The position numbers were made by a program, and so were the translations under genes. 64,000 bases of DNA from Auanema rhodensis (lineage: Eukaryota > Animalia > Nematoda): positions 18,476,001-18,540,000 of the forward strand of contig OZ059898.1 in NCBI GenBank assembly GCA_964057225.1, written 5' to 3'. The notes below the pieces were generated by a model that saw only the letters and a program-made list of their open reading frames with translations, was not told the origin of the DNA and made no database searches. Below, piece after piece: positions 30,001 through 39,400 of the stretch. Position 1 is the first letter of the stretch; each line of letters opens with the position of its first letter.

Positions 30001-33000
30001 TAGTCTAAAAACAAATTTTTATTGATATTGGTGCATGGCAACCATGACTTTCAAATTTACGTGAACTTCAATTTATGCTAATTAAGTGTACACGTGATGT
30101 GCACTTGGTATGTAACTCGCTTCGCGTCAAAGATAAAGAGATGCGGTTTTCAAAATTAGATTCCTCATGTCCATATTAGTCTAAAAACGAATTTTTATTG
30201 ATATTGGTGCATGGTAACCATGACTTTGAAATTTACGTGAACTTTAATTTATGCTTATTAAGTGTACACGTGATGTGCACTTGGTATGTAACTCGCTTCA
30301 CGTGAAAGATAAAGGGATGCGGTTTTCAAGATTAGATTCCCCGTGTCCATATTAGTCTAAAAACAAATTTTTGTTGATATTGGTGGATGGTAACCATGAC
30401 TTTGAAATTTACGTGAACTTTAATTTATGCTAATTAAGTGTACACGTGATGTGCACTTGGTATGTAACTCGCTTCACGTGAAAGATAAAGAGATGCGGTT
30501 TTCAAAATTAGATTCCCCATGTCCATATTAGTCTAAAAACAAATTTTTATTGGTATTGGTGCATGGTAACCATGACTTTGAAATTTACGTGAACTTTAAT
30601 TTATGCTAATTAAGTGTACACGTGATGTGCACTTGGTATGTAACTCGCTTCACGTGAAAGATAAAGAGATGCGGTTTTCAAAATTAGATTCCTCATGTCC
30701 ATATTAGTCTAAAAACAAATTTTTATTGGTATTGGTGCATGGCAACTATGACTTTTAAATTTACGTGTACTTTAATTTATGCTAATTAAGTGTACACATG
30801 ATGTGCACTTGGTATGTAACTCGCTTCACGTCAAAGATAAAGAGATGTGGTTTTCAAAATTAGATTCCTCATGTCCATATTAGTCTAAAAACAAATTTTT
30901 ATTGGTATTGGTGCATGGTAACCATGACTTTGAAATTTACGTGAACTTTAATTTATGCTAATTAAGTGTACACGTGATGTGCACTTGGTATGTAACTCGC
31001 TTCACGTGAAAGATAAAGAGATGTGGTTTTCAAAATTAGATTCCTCATGTCCATATTAGTCTAAAAACAAATTTTTATTGGTATTGGTGCATGGTAACCA
31101 TGACTTTGAAATTTACGTGAACTTTAATTTATGCTAATTAAGTGTACACATGATGTGCACTTGGTATGTAACTCGCTTCACGTGAAAGATAAAGAGATGT
31201 GGTTTTCAAAATTAGATTCCTCATGTCCATATTAGTCTAAAAACAAATTTTTATTGGTATTGGTGCATGGTAACCATGACTTTGAAATTTACGTGAACTT
31301 TAATTTATGCTAATTAAGTGTACACGTGATGTGCACTTGGTATGTAACTCGCTTCACGTGAAAGATAAAGAGATGCGGTTTTCAAAATTAGATTCCTCAT
31401 GTCCATATTAGTCTAAAAACAAATTTTTATTGGTATTGGTGCATGGCAACTATGACTTTTAAATTTACGTGTACTTTAATTTATGCTAATTAAGTGTACA
31501 CATGATGTGCACTTGGTATGTAACTCGCTTCACGTCAAAGATAAAGAGATGTGGTTTTCAAAATTAGATTCCTCATGTCCATATTAGTCTAAAAACAAAT
31601 TTTTATTGGTATTGGTGCATGGTAACCATGACTTTGAAATTTACGTGAACTTTAATTTATGCTAATTAAGTGTACACGTGATGTGCACTTGGTATGTAAC
31701 TCGCTTCACGTGAAAGATAAAGAGATGCGGTTTTCAAAATTAGATTCCTCATGTCCATATTAGTCTAAAAACAAATTTTTATTGGTATTGGTGCATGGCA
31801 ACTATGACTTTTAAATTTACGTGTACTTTAATTTATGCTAATTAAGTGTACACATGATGTGCACTTGGTATGTAACTCGCTTCACGTCAAAGATAAAGAG
31901 ATGTGGTTTTCAAAATTAGATTCCTCATGTCCATATTAGTCTAAAAACAAATTTTTATTGGTATTGGTGCATGGCAACTATGACTTTTAAATTTACGTGT
32001 ACTTTAATTTATGCTAATTAAGTGTACACATGATGTGCACTTGGTATGTAACTCGCTTCACGTCAAAGATAAAGAGATGTGGTTTTCAAAATTAGATTCC
32101 TCATGTCCATATTAGTCTAAAAACAAATTTTTATTGATATTGATGCATGGTAACCATGACTTTGAAATTTACGTGAACTTTAATTTATGCTTATTAAGTG
32201 TACACGTGATGTGCACTTGGTATGTAACTCGCTTCACGTGAAAGATAAAGGGATGCGGTTTTCAAAATTAGATTCCCCATGTCCATATTAGTCTAAAAAC
32301 AAATTTTTGTTGATATTGGTGGATGGTAACCATGACTTTGAAATTTACGTGAACTTTAATTTATGCTAATTAAGTGTACACGTGATGTGCACTTGGTATG
32401 TAACTCGCTTCACGTGAAAGATAAAGAGATGCGATTTTCAAAATTAGATTCCCCATGTCCATATTAGTCTAAAAACAAATTTTTATTGATATTGGTGCAT
32501 GGTAACCATGACTTTGAAATTTACGTGAACTTTAATTTATGCTAATTAAGTGTACACATGATGTGCACTTGGTATGTAACTCGCTTCACGTGAAAGATAA
32601 AGAGATGCGGTTTTCAAAATTAGATTTCGCATGTCCATATTAGTCTTAAAACAAATTTTTATTGATATTGGTGCATGGTAACCATGACTTTGAAATTTAC
32701 GTGAACTTTAATTTATGCTAATTAAGTGTACACGTGATGTGCACTTGGTATGTAACTCGCTTCACGTGAAAGATAAAGAGATGCGGTTTTCAAAATTAGA
32801 TTCCCCATGTCCATATTAGTCTAAAAACAAATTTTTATTGATATTGGTGCATGGTAACCATGACTTTGAAATTTATGTGAACTTTAATTTATGCTAATTA
32901 AGTGTACACATGATGTGCACTTGGTATGTAACTCGCTTCACGTGAAAGATAAAGAGATGCGGTTTTCAAAATTAGATTCCTCATGTCCATATTAGTCTAA

Positions 33001-34825
33001 AAACGAATTTTTATTGATATTGATGCATGGTAACCATGACTTTGAAATTTACGTGAACTTTAATTTATGCTAATTAAGTGTACACATGATGTGCACTTGG
33101 TATGTAACTCGCTTCACGTCAAAGATAAAGAGATGCAGTTTTCAAAATTAGATTTCGCATGTCCATATTAGTCTAAAAACAAATTTTTATTGATATTGGT
33201 GCATGGTAACCATGACTTTGAAATTTACGTGAACTTTAATTTATGCTAATTAAGTGTACACGTGATGTGCACTTGGTATGTAACTCGCTTCACGTGAAAG
33301 ATGAAGAGATGCGGTATTCAAATTTAGGTTCCCCATGTCCATATTAGTCTAAAAACAAATTTTTGTTGATATTGGTGGATGGTAACCATGACTTTCAAAT
33401 TTACGTGAACTTCAATTTATGCTAATTAAGTGTACACGTGATGTGCACTTGGTATGTAACTCGCTTCGCGTCAAAGATAAAGAGATGCAGTTTTCAAAAT
33501 TAGATTTCGCATGTCCATATTAGTCTAAAAACAAATTTTTATTGATATTGGTGCATGGTAACCATGACTTTGAAATTTACGTGAACTTTAATTTATGCTA
33601 ATTAAGTGTACACGTGATGTGCACTTGGTATGTAACTCGCTTCACGTGAAAGATAAAGAGATGCGGTTTTCAAAATTAGATTCCCCATGTCCATATTAGT
33701 CTAAAAACAAATTTTTATTGATATTGGTGCATGGTAACCATGACTTTGAAATTTACGTGAACTTTAATTTATGCTAATTAAGTGTACACATGATGTGCAC
33801 TTGGTATGTAACTCGCTTCACGTGAAAGATAAAGAGATGCGGTTTTCAAAATTAGATTTCGCATGTCCATATTAGTCTTAAAACAAATTTTTATTGATAT
33901 TGGTGCATGGTAACCATGACTTTGAAATTTACGTGAACTTTAATTTATGCTAATTAAGTGTACACGTGATGTGCACTTGGTATGTAACTCGCTTCACGTG
34001 AAAGATAAAGAGATGCGGTTTTCAAAATTAGATTCCCCATGTCCATATTAGTCTAAAAACAAATTTTTATTGATATTGGTGCATGGTAACCATGACTTTG
34101 AAATTTATGTGAACTTTAATTTATGCTAATTAAGTGTACACATGATGTGCACTTGGTATGTAACTCGCTTCACGTGAAAGATAAAGAGATGCGGTTTTCA
34201 AAATTAGATTCCTCATGTCCATATTAGTCTAAAAACGAATTTTTATTGATATTGATGCATGGTAACCATGACTTTGAAATTTACGTGAACTTTAATTTAT
34301 GCTAATTAAGTGTACACATGATGTGCACTTGGTATGTAACTCGCTTCACGTCAAAGATAAAGAGATGCAGTTTTCAAAATTAGATTTCGCATGTCCATAT
34401 TAGTCTAAAAACAAATTTTTATTGATATTGGTGCATGGTAACCATGACTTTGAAATTTACGTGAACTTTAATTTATGCTAATTAAGTGTACACGTGATGT
34501 GCACTTGGTATGTAACTCGCTTCACGTGAAAGATGAAGAGATGCGGTATTCAAATTTAGGTTCCCCATGTCCATATTAGTCTAAAAACAAATTTTTGTTG
34601 ATATTGGTGGATGGTAACCATGACTTTCAAATTTACGTGAACTTCAATTTATGCTAATTAAGTGTACACGTGATGTGCACTTGGTATGTAACTCGCTTCG
34701 CGTCAAAGATAAAGAGATGCGGTTTTCAAAATTAGATTCCCCATGTCCATATTAGTCTAAAAACAAATTTTTGTTGATATTGGTGGATGGTAACCATGAC
34801 TTTGAAATTTACGTGAACTTTAATT
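1..34825 (+). repeat. 176-bp tandem satellite DNA array, left arm (~197.9 monomers; runs off the window start)
   Basis: ATGTGCACTTGGTATGTAAC recurs at 1, 177, 881, 2641 ... 34321, 34673, all equal to 1+176n. Consensus ATGTGCACTTGGTATGTAACTCGCTTCACGTGAAAGATAAAGAGATGCGGTTTTCAAAATTAGATTCCCCATGTCCATATTAGTCTAAAAACAAATTTTTATTGATATTGGTGCATGGTAACCATGACTTTGAAATTTACGTGAACTTTAATTTATGCTAATTAAGTGTACACGTG (58/176 G+C). Copies differ by a few substitutions. Confidence 0.99.
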
Positions 34826-34892
34826 CGGTATTCACTGTTGCTCGGTATTCACTGTTGCTCGGTATTCACTGTTGCTCGGTATTCACTGTTGC
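34825..34892 (+). repeat. Four perfect tandem copies of 17-bp TCGGTATTCACTGTTGC at the 5' terminus of the LINE
   Basis: Copies start at 34825, 34842, 34859 and 34876; unique 5' UTR begins at 34893 (CGTCTTG...). Confidence 0.97.
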
Positions 34893-35042
34893 CGTCTTGT
34901 TTCTTCATCTGATTCAGTATCGTCGGACTGGTTTTAATAAGGTGCGCACTTTTCTAAAGTCGTTTCATTTCTTTCCTTTATAATTACTCTTGTGTTTTTT
35001 TCCTATTTTTTATATCTCGTGTTTTTCATTCCTTTTTTCACT

Positions 35043-36059
35043 ATGTCCTCTTCCCAATCTGTTTCAAAATCCGATTTTACCGCACTTTCTGATTCTCTCA
35101 AAGAATCTTTCTCCCAATTTTCTTCTGAATTACGTGGCATTATTTTCTCTATCCAAACTACCGTTAATTCTAATTGTACCCGTATTGCGGAACTAGAATC
35201 AAAGGTTGCCTCACTTTGTAGCTCGCTCAAAAATGGTACTTCTCAAGAGGTTGTATCTAATTTAGTTAACATAAGTTCAGAGAAGTCGAAATTCCCTGAC
35301 CGTGCTACAAAACTCCTTTGGTTCAATGTTCCATTGAGCAGTACGGACTTTTCCTCCGATCCCACTTCTCTTGTGTCGGATGTTCTTAATCTGTCCAAGA
35401 ACACTGAAATATGTAGTTTATTAAGCTCTCGTGCAATTGTTGTTACCCGCTACAATTCTAAGACCAAACTCCCTGGCCCTATTGCTATAAATTGCCCTAG
35501 TGAACAAATTCGTGATACTTGCATACAACTAATCCGCAATCACAAAGAAGTTCTTTCCGCTTCACTCAAAAAAACTTTTGTGAGAAGAGACTATTTCCCT
35601 TTCGAAATAGAACTTGAACGTGAATTGAAGGAAAAGTGCAAGGTTATGAATTCTACTGGGACTAACACCCTTCATATTGTTCGTAATTTCAAAATTGTTA
35701 AGGTCATCAAAAAAATATCCTCAATTAGTTCTCCTACTCCAGCTCCTACCTGTACTCATCTTATTTCTCCTGTTTTCCCTTCTTCCCCAAATATTGTACA
35801 AATTGCTCCTCCACCTTCCAAAGCAAGCCGTACTTCTCTTGAGGTCGACAGGTCTTCTTGTCAATTTCCTTCACCCTCAAGACGAAAAACACGACATGCT
35901 CCTTATGCTCTGAGATCACTCTCTTGTCCCAGAGTTTTAAACCCAACAATACCTCTTACCGCACCTTCCCTATCCGACCCTACCTCAAGTCTCCCCCTAG
36001 TTCCTAATCATACTCCCTCCACCAAATCACTTCCACCTCCAAAACATAGCTTTCGTTAA
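35043..36059 (+). CDS. LINE ORF1 protein (338 aa): coiled coil, RRM/CTD-like nucleic-acid-binding region, Pro/Ser-rich tail
   Basis: First ATG at 35043 (MSSSQSVSK); the track's 34992 start is a non-ATG codon within T-rich UTR. Heptad-like TRIAELESKVASLCSSLK, then KLLWFNVP, PGPIAINCPS, TFVRRDYFPFEIELERELKEK and HIVRNFKIVKV, resembling invertebrate CR1 ORF1 motifs. Lies directly upstream of the APE-RT frame. Confidence 0.8.
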   Translation: MSSSQSVSKSDFTALSDSLKESFSQFSSELRGIIFSIQTTVNSNCTRIAELESKVASLCSSLKNGTSQEVVSNLVNISSEKSKFPDRATKLLWFNVPLSSTDFSSDPTSLVSDVLNLSKNTEICSLLSSRAIVVTRYNSKTKLPGPIAINCPSEQIRDTCIQLIRNHKEVLSASLKKTFVRRDYFPFEIELERELKEKCKVMNSTGTNTLHIVRNFKIVKVIKKISSISSPTPAPTCTHLISPVFPSSPNIVQIAPPPSKASRTSLEVDRSSCQFPSPSRRKTRHAPYALRSLSCPRVLNPTIPLTAPSLSDPTSSLPLVPNHTPSTKSLPPPKHSFR

Positions 36060-38154
36060 TCATACTTCTTTCCCTGCCCCTCTCTCGGTCTATTTCTCTA
36101 ATGCTCGTTCTGTTTTGAACAAATTCCCCCATTTCAATTTTGTTTCCACTGCTTATAACCCTGACATCATTTGTTTCAATGAAAGTTGGCTAAATAGTGA
36201 TATCTGTAGCTCAACTTTACCACTTTCTGATTTATATTATGTTATCCGTAGTGATAGGAGTGTTGATACTAGAGGAGGTGGTGTTTTGGTTTTGATCAAA
36301 AAACACCTCTCTTTAATCAATGTTACCTCACATTCTTTTAGTAATTATTGTCAAGTTGTATGTTTCACATTAGCTTCCCCCCCTTTTCTTACTTTTTGTA
36401 TATGTTACCGTGCCCCATCTTGCTCAACCGCATCTTTCAACCTTTTCCTTGATTATCTCAATTCTTGTGAAATGTTCAAAGAAAAATTTATTCTCATTGG
36501 CGATTTTAATTTTTCTCGTATCAACTGGGAAAACTACTCTCTGACTAAAAACTCCCCCCAAGCCAAATCCTTCTTAGAATTTATTGTATCCAAAGGATGC
36601 TCACAACTTGTGTCCTTTCCCACTCGTAGTACATTTACTCTGGATTGTGTTGTAACTAATGTATCTGAAACTGTTTCCGATATTGATTGTTTACCACCCT
36701 TTGGCACTTCCGATCATCAATCTCTTTTTTTCCATGTCGATTGTAATAATTTATTATCACCCCAACGTTTTAACGGTAATCTCAACCTTAGAACTATCTC
36801 CCAGTCCAGCCTCAGTTCTCCTAAACTCTCTATCTGTCATCCTAAACGTTTGCTTTCAAGAAATTTCAATGCGGCAGATTATAATAAAATTAACTATATA
36901 ATCAGCTCTATTGACTTTGTACACTCTTTTTCACATCTCGATGTTTGTACGGCGTATGAATCATTCACTGAAATACTCAGAGATGTCATCCGCTGTAATG
37001 TCCCTAATTTCAAAGTTACTAAAACCAAGCAGTCCATTGCACGTTCCATATCTTTACTTAACAACAGACTTGCTAGGCTGTCTAAATGTTTTGGTGTCAC
37101 GTCTTCTGTTAGATACCGTGCGCTTGTACGTAGATTAAACGGCTTGATCAAACGCCAACGTGCTTTTGAAGAACATAAAATTTCTCTTCAAGGTAATCAA
37201 AAATTGTTTTACAAATTTTGTCGCGGTCGTTTGGGTGGTTCAGTGGAAGCACCTTTTCTCAAACATAACAACAACACAATATCAGATTCTGTTGATAAAG
37301 CTAACTTACTATCAGAAATGTTTTCTGAACCTTTTTCCACGCCATACAATAGTCAATGTTCTCCATGTCCTACAAACAAGTCTGCTGTTACCAGTCCACA
37401 AAAGCATGTCTACATCGAGGAACTTACAGTCTATAAGTTTCTCAGAAACCTTCCTAATCGTGTATGTACGTCACCTGATGGAATCCCCTATTTATTTCTT
37501 AATAGGTGTGCTCCTTCTCTTGTTCGTCCTATTACATATTTTTTTAATGCGTTTGTGTCGTTTGGTGTTTGTCCTAACGGGTGGAAAACAGCATGGGTTA
37601 AACCCATCTATAAATCTGGTAACGTCAGTGATCCTAAAAATTACAGGCCTATCTCTTTAACTGCTTCTATCTCTAAAGTTTTTGAACGCATCATAAGAAA
37701 AGAATTGATAGATTATTTACTTCGTAAAAATCTAATTTGTTCTTCTCAGCATGGTTTTCTTCCTGGTTGTAGCACGTCTACCGCACTTCTGAGTGCTCAC
37801 TCTCAATGGAGATGCCTTAAAGAACGCCGCAACGCAATTTATACTGCTTTTATTGATTTCTCAAAAGCATTTGATAAAATAAATCATGATATTTTGCTAC
37901 ATAAATTACACTCTTTTGGTTTACATAGCTCGCTCATTAAATTTTTCAAACAATTTCTTGCTGGTAGATCATTCTCTGTTGTACAGGGCGATGTTTTATC
38001 TAAACCCCGGGAAATACATTGCGGTGTTCCTCAAGGGACTGTTTTGGGCCCTCTTTTCTTTCTTTTGTATGTTAATGATTTACTGGAAAAATTTACAGGC
38101 GACACTCAAGCTATTGCTTATGCTGACGATATTATTCTCGGCAAATGCTCCTAG
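36001..38154 (+). CDS. LINE ORF2, 5' part: apurinic/apyrimidinic-like endonuclease and reverse transcriptase up to YADD (start undefined; frame open from 36001)
   Basis: APE motifs YFSNARSVLNK, PDIICFNESWL, RSDR..RGGGV, CICYRAP, LIGDFN, FPTR...LDCV, GTSDH. RT motifs SPDGIP, WKTAWVKPIYK, NYRPISL, QHGF, FIDFSKAFD, GVPQGTVLGP, YADD (38119-38130). The previous in-frame stop is TAG at 35998-36000. Confidence 0.95.
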   Translation, partial: FLIILPPPNHFHLQNIAFVNHTSFPAPLSVYFSNARSVLNKFPHFNFVSTAYNPDIICFNESWLNSDICSSTLPLSDLYYVIRSDRSVDTRGGGVLVLIKKHLSLINVTSHSFSNYCQVVCFTLASPPFLTFCICYRAPSCSTASFNLFLDYLNSCEMFKEKFILIGDFNFSRINWENYSLTKNSPQAKSFLEFIVSKGCSQLVSFPTRSTFTLDCVVTNVSETVSDIDCLPPFGTSDHQSLFFHVDCNNLLSPQRFNGNLNLRTISQSSLSSPKLSICHPKRLLSRNFNAADYNKINYIISSIDFVHSFSHLDVCTAYESFTEILRDVIRCNVPNFKVTKTKQSIARSISLLNNRLARLSKCFGVTSSVRYRALVRRLNGLIKRQRAFEEHKISLQGNQKLFYKFCRGRLGGSVEAPFLKHNNNTISDSVDKANLLSEMFSEPFSTPYNSQCSPCPTNKSAVTSPQKHVYIEELTVYKFLRNLPNRVCTSPDGIPYLFLNRCAPSLVRPITYFFNAFVSFGVCPNGWKTAWVKPIYKSGNVSDPKNYRPISLTASISKVFERIIRKELIDYLLRKNLICSSQHGFLPGCSTSTALLSAHSQWRCLKERRNAIYTAFIDFSKAFDKINHDILLHKLHSFGLHSSLIKFFKQFLAGRSFSVVQGDVLSKPREIHCGVPQGTVLGPLFFLLYVNDLLEKFTGDTQAIAYADDIILGKCS

Positions 38155-38917
38155 CCTGCAGTGTTCACTTGATTTTCTTTCAGCTTGGTGTAAAAGCAAT
38201 GATATGCTCATAAACGTTAAAAAGTCTAAAATCATGGTTATAGGGAAAGTTGAAGGCGCTGTGAGCTTTCAAATCAATGACTGTTTACTTGAATCCGTCA
38301 ATAACTTTAAAGATTTGGGAGTTATTATAGACAAAAACCTTTCTTTTGGTCCCCACTTTCAATCAATTACCTCTACCGCTACCAAACGTTGTAAGCTCAT
38401 TTTAAGATGCTTCAACAGTTCTTGCCCCAAACTACTATTCCGTTTGTTTTGTTGCTATGTTAGACCTATATTGGAGTATGCCTCTGAGGTTTGGTCTCCA
38501 TACCTCAAAAAAGACATTCAATTTATAGAGAGTGTTCAAAAAAGGTTTGTCAACGCTATTTTTAAGCGTGCCAATCTTGAGATTCATGACTACATAAATA
38601 AGCTCGAGTTCCTCAAGGCAGATGAGCTGATAAACAGACGTGTTGTCGCTGATTTTTGCCAATATTTCAAAATAGCCAAGGGTAACTCAATCCTTAGTAA
38701 AACCTTGTTCAGACTAAAAGAACATCAATATTCATTTCGTCAGCATGATTATCTTTTGGTAGCACCACAGTACTTCTCAAAAGCTGCACTATCAAGTTTT
38801 GAATATCGCTGGATCCAAGATTGGAATGAACTTCATCCCATGTTTGTTAATATTGAGAAAACGTATAATTTTCGTAGCTACCTGAAAAACTGTAAATTTC
38901 GCAATTGTAAAATTTAA
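38131..38917 (+). pseudogene. LINE ORF2, 3' part (end of RT, thumb and C-terminal region), in the +1 frame relative to the 5' part
   Basis: The 37886..38917 track ORF becomes RT-like only from LFSANAPSLQCSLDFLSAWC, then INVKKSKIM, KDLGVIID, YVRPILEYASEVWSP, ESVQKRF, RQHDYLL, WNELHP. The upstream frame stops at TAG 38152-38154, so ORF2 is frameshifted in this copy or assembly. Confidence 0.88.
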
Positions 38918-39374
38918 TATGTATTGTTGCTATTGTTAACTACATATATATTTCACTATTTTTTTGTTTTTTTCGTTTCTGTGAGCTTACTCTACCTGTT
39001 TTCTTGTCTCCTTTGTTTACCTGACTCAGTATTTCCCGCGCATCCCACCTATAGACATGAGTCATACGGTCAGAGCGTGGTTATCACTCATTGACAGAAC
39101 GGGCTTGACCTTTGTTTTCTTGGTATCACCGCACCTCGTCAACGGTAGAAGTGATAAGCTTCGAATTGTTTCTTATTTCAAAGCTGAGATCAGTAAAAGT
39201 CTTCTCACAACAATCGTCAAGAACATGGTGTTTCAAGTTTCACAAATCGAACATTACGTTAGTGTTCTCTCTTTTTCTTATCTTTTTCTCAACTACCGAA
39301 AGGTTAATCTTTTTTTTCACACAACAACATACATTTTTCACACATATATTGTAACCTGTGGTATTGTTGAACTG
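38918..39374 (+). other. LINE 3' UTR (~460 bp)
   Basis: Non-satellite, T-rich sequence between the ORF2 stop and the A-rich tail. Confidence 0.75.
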
Positions 39375-39400
39375 AAATAAATAAAAATAAATAAATAAAT
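39375..39400 (+). repeat. LINE 3' microsatellite tail (AAAT)n, containing AATAAA hexamers
   Basis: AAATAAATAAAAATAAATAAATAAAT directly abuts resumed satellite. Short tandem-repeat tails are typical of CR1/L2 elements. Confidence 0.9.

Larger units (their letters stand above)
34826..39400 (+). mobile_element. Apparently full-length non-LTR retrotransposon (LINE), CR1 clade (CR1/T1-like), 4575 bp, inserted in the satellite
   Basis: Non-satellite block with 5' UTR, ORF1, APE+RT ORF2, 3' UTR and (AAAT)n tail. The satellite stops at monomer position 153 (...AACTTTAATT, 34825) and resumes at position 154 (TATGCTAATT, 39401), with 1-bp ambiguity from a shared T. The ORF2 C-terminal motifs (DLGVIID, YVRPILEYASEVWSP, IESVQKRF, WNELHP) are CR1-type. 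No RNase H, LTRs or integrase seen. Confidence 0.95.

Noticed and set aside
34771-34983. 70-aa ORF across the left junction
   Set aside because: Chimeric read-through of satellite and the 17-bp repeats from a non-ATG start.
34936-35042. Intron or trans-splice acceptor in the 5' UTR (AAG/GTGCGC followed by a pyrimidine-rich tract)
   Set aside because: No AG acceptor follows the tract before the ORF1 ATG (TTTTCACTATG).
34990-38662. Small alternative-frame and antisense ORFs inside the LINE (34990, 35003, 35677, 35761, 36659, 36894, 36911, 37160, 38435) and the N-terminal part of 37886..38917
   Set aside because: They overlap the real ORF1/ORF2, lack motifs and are expected shadow frames.
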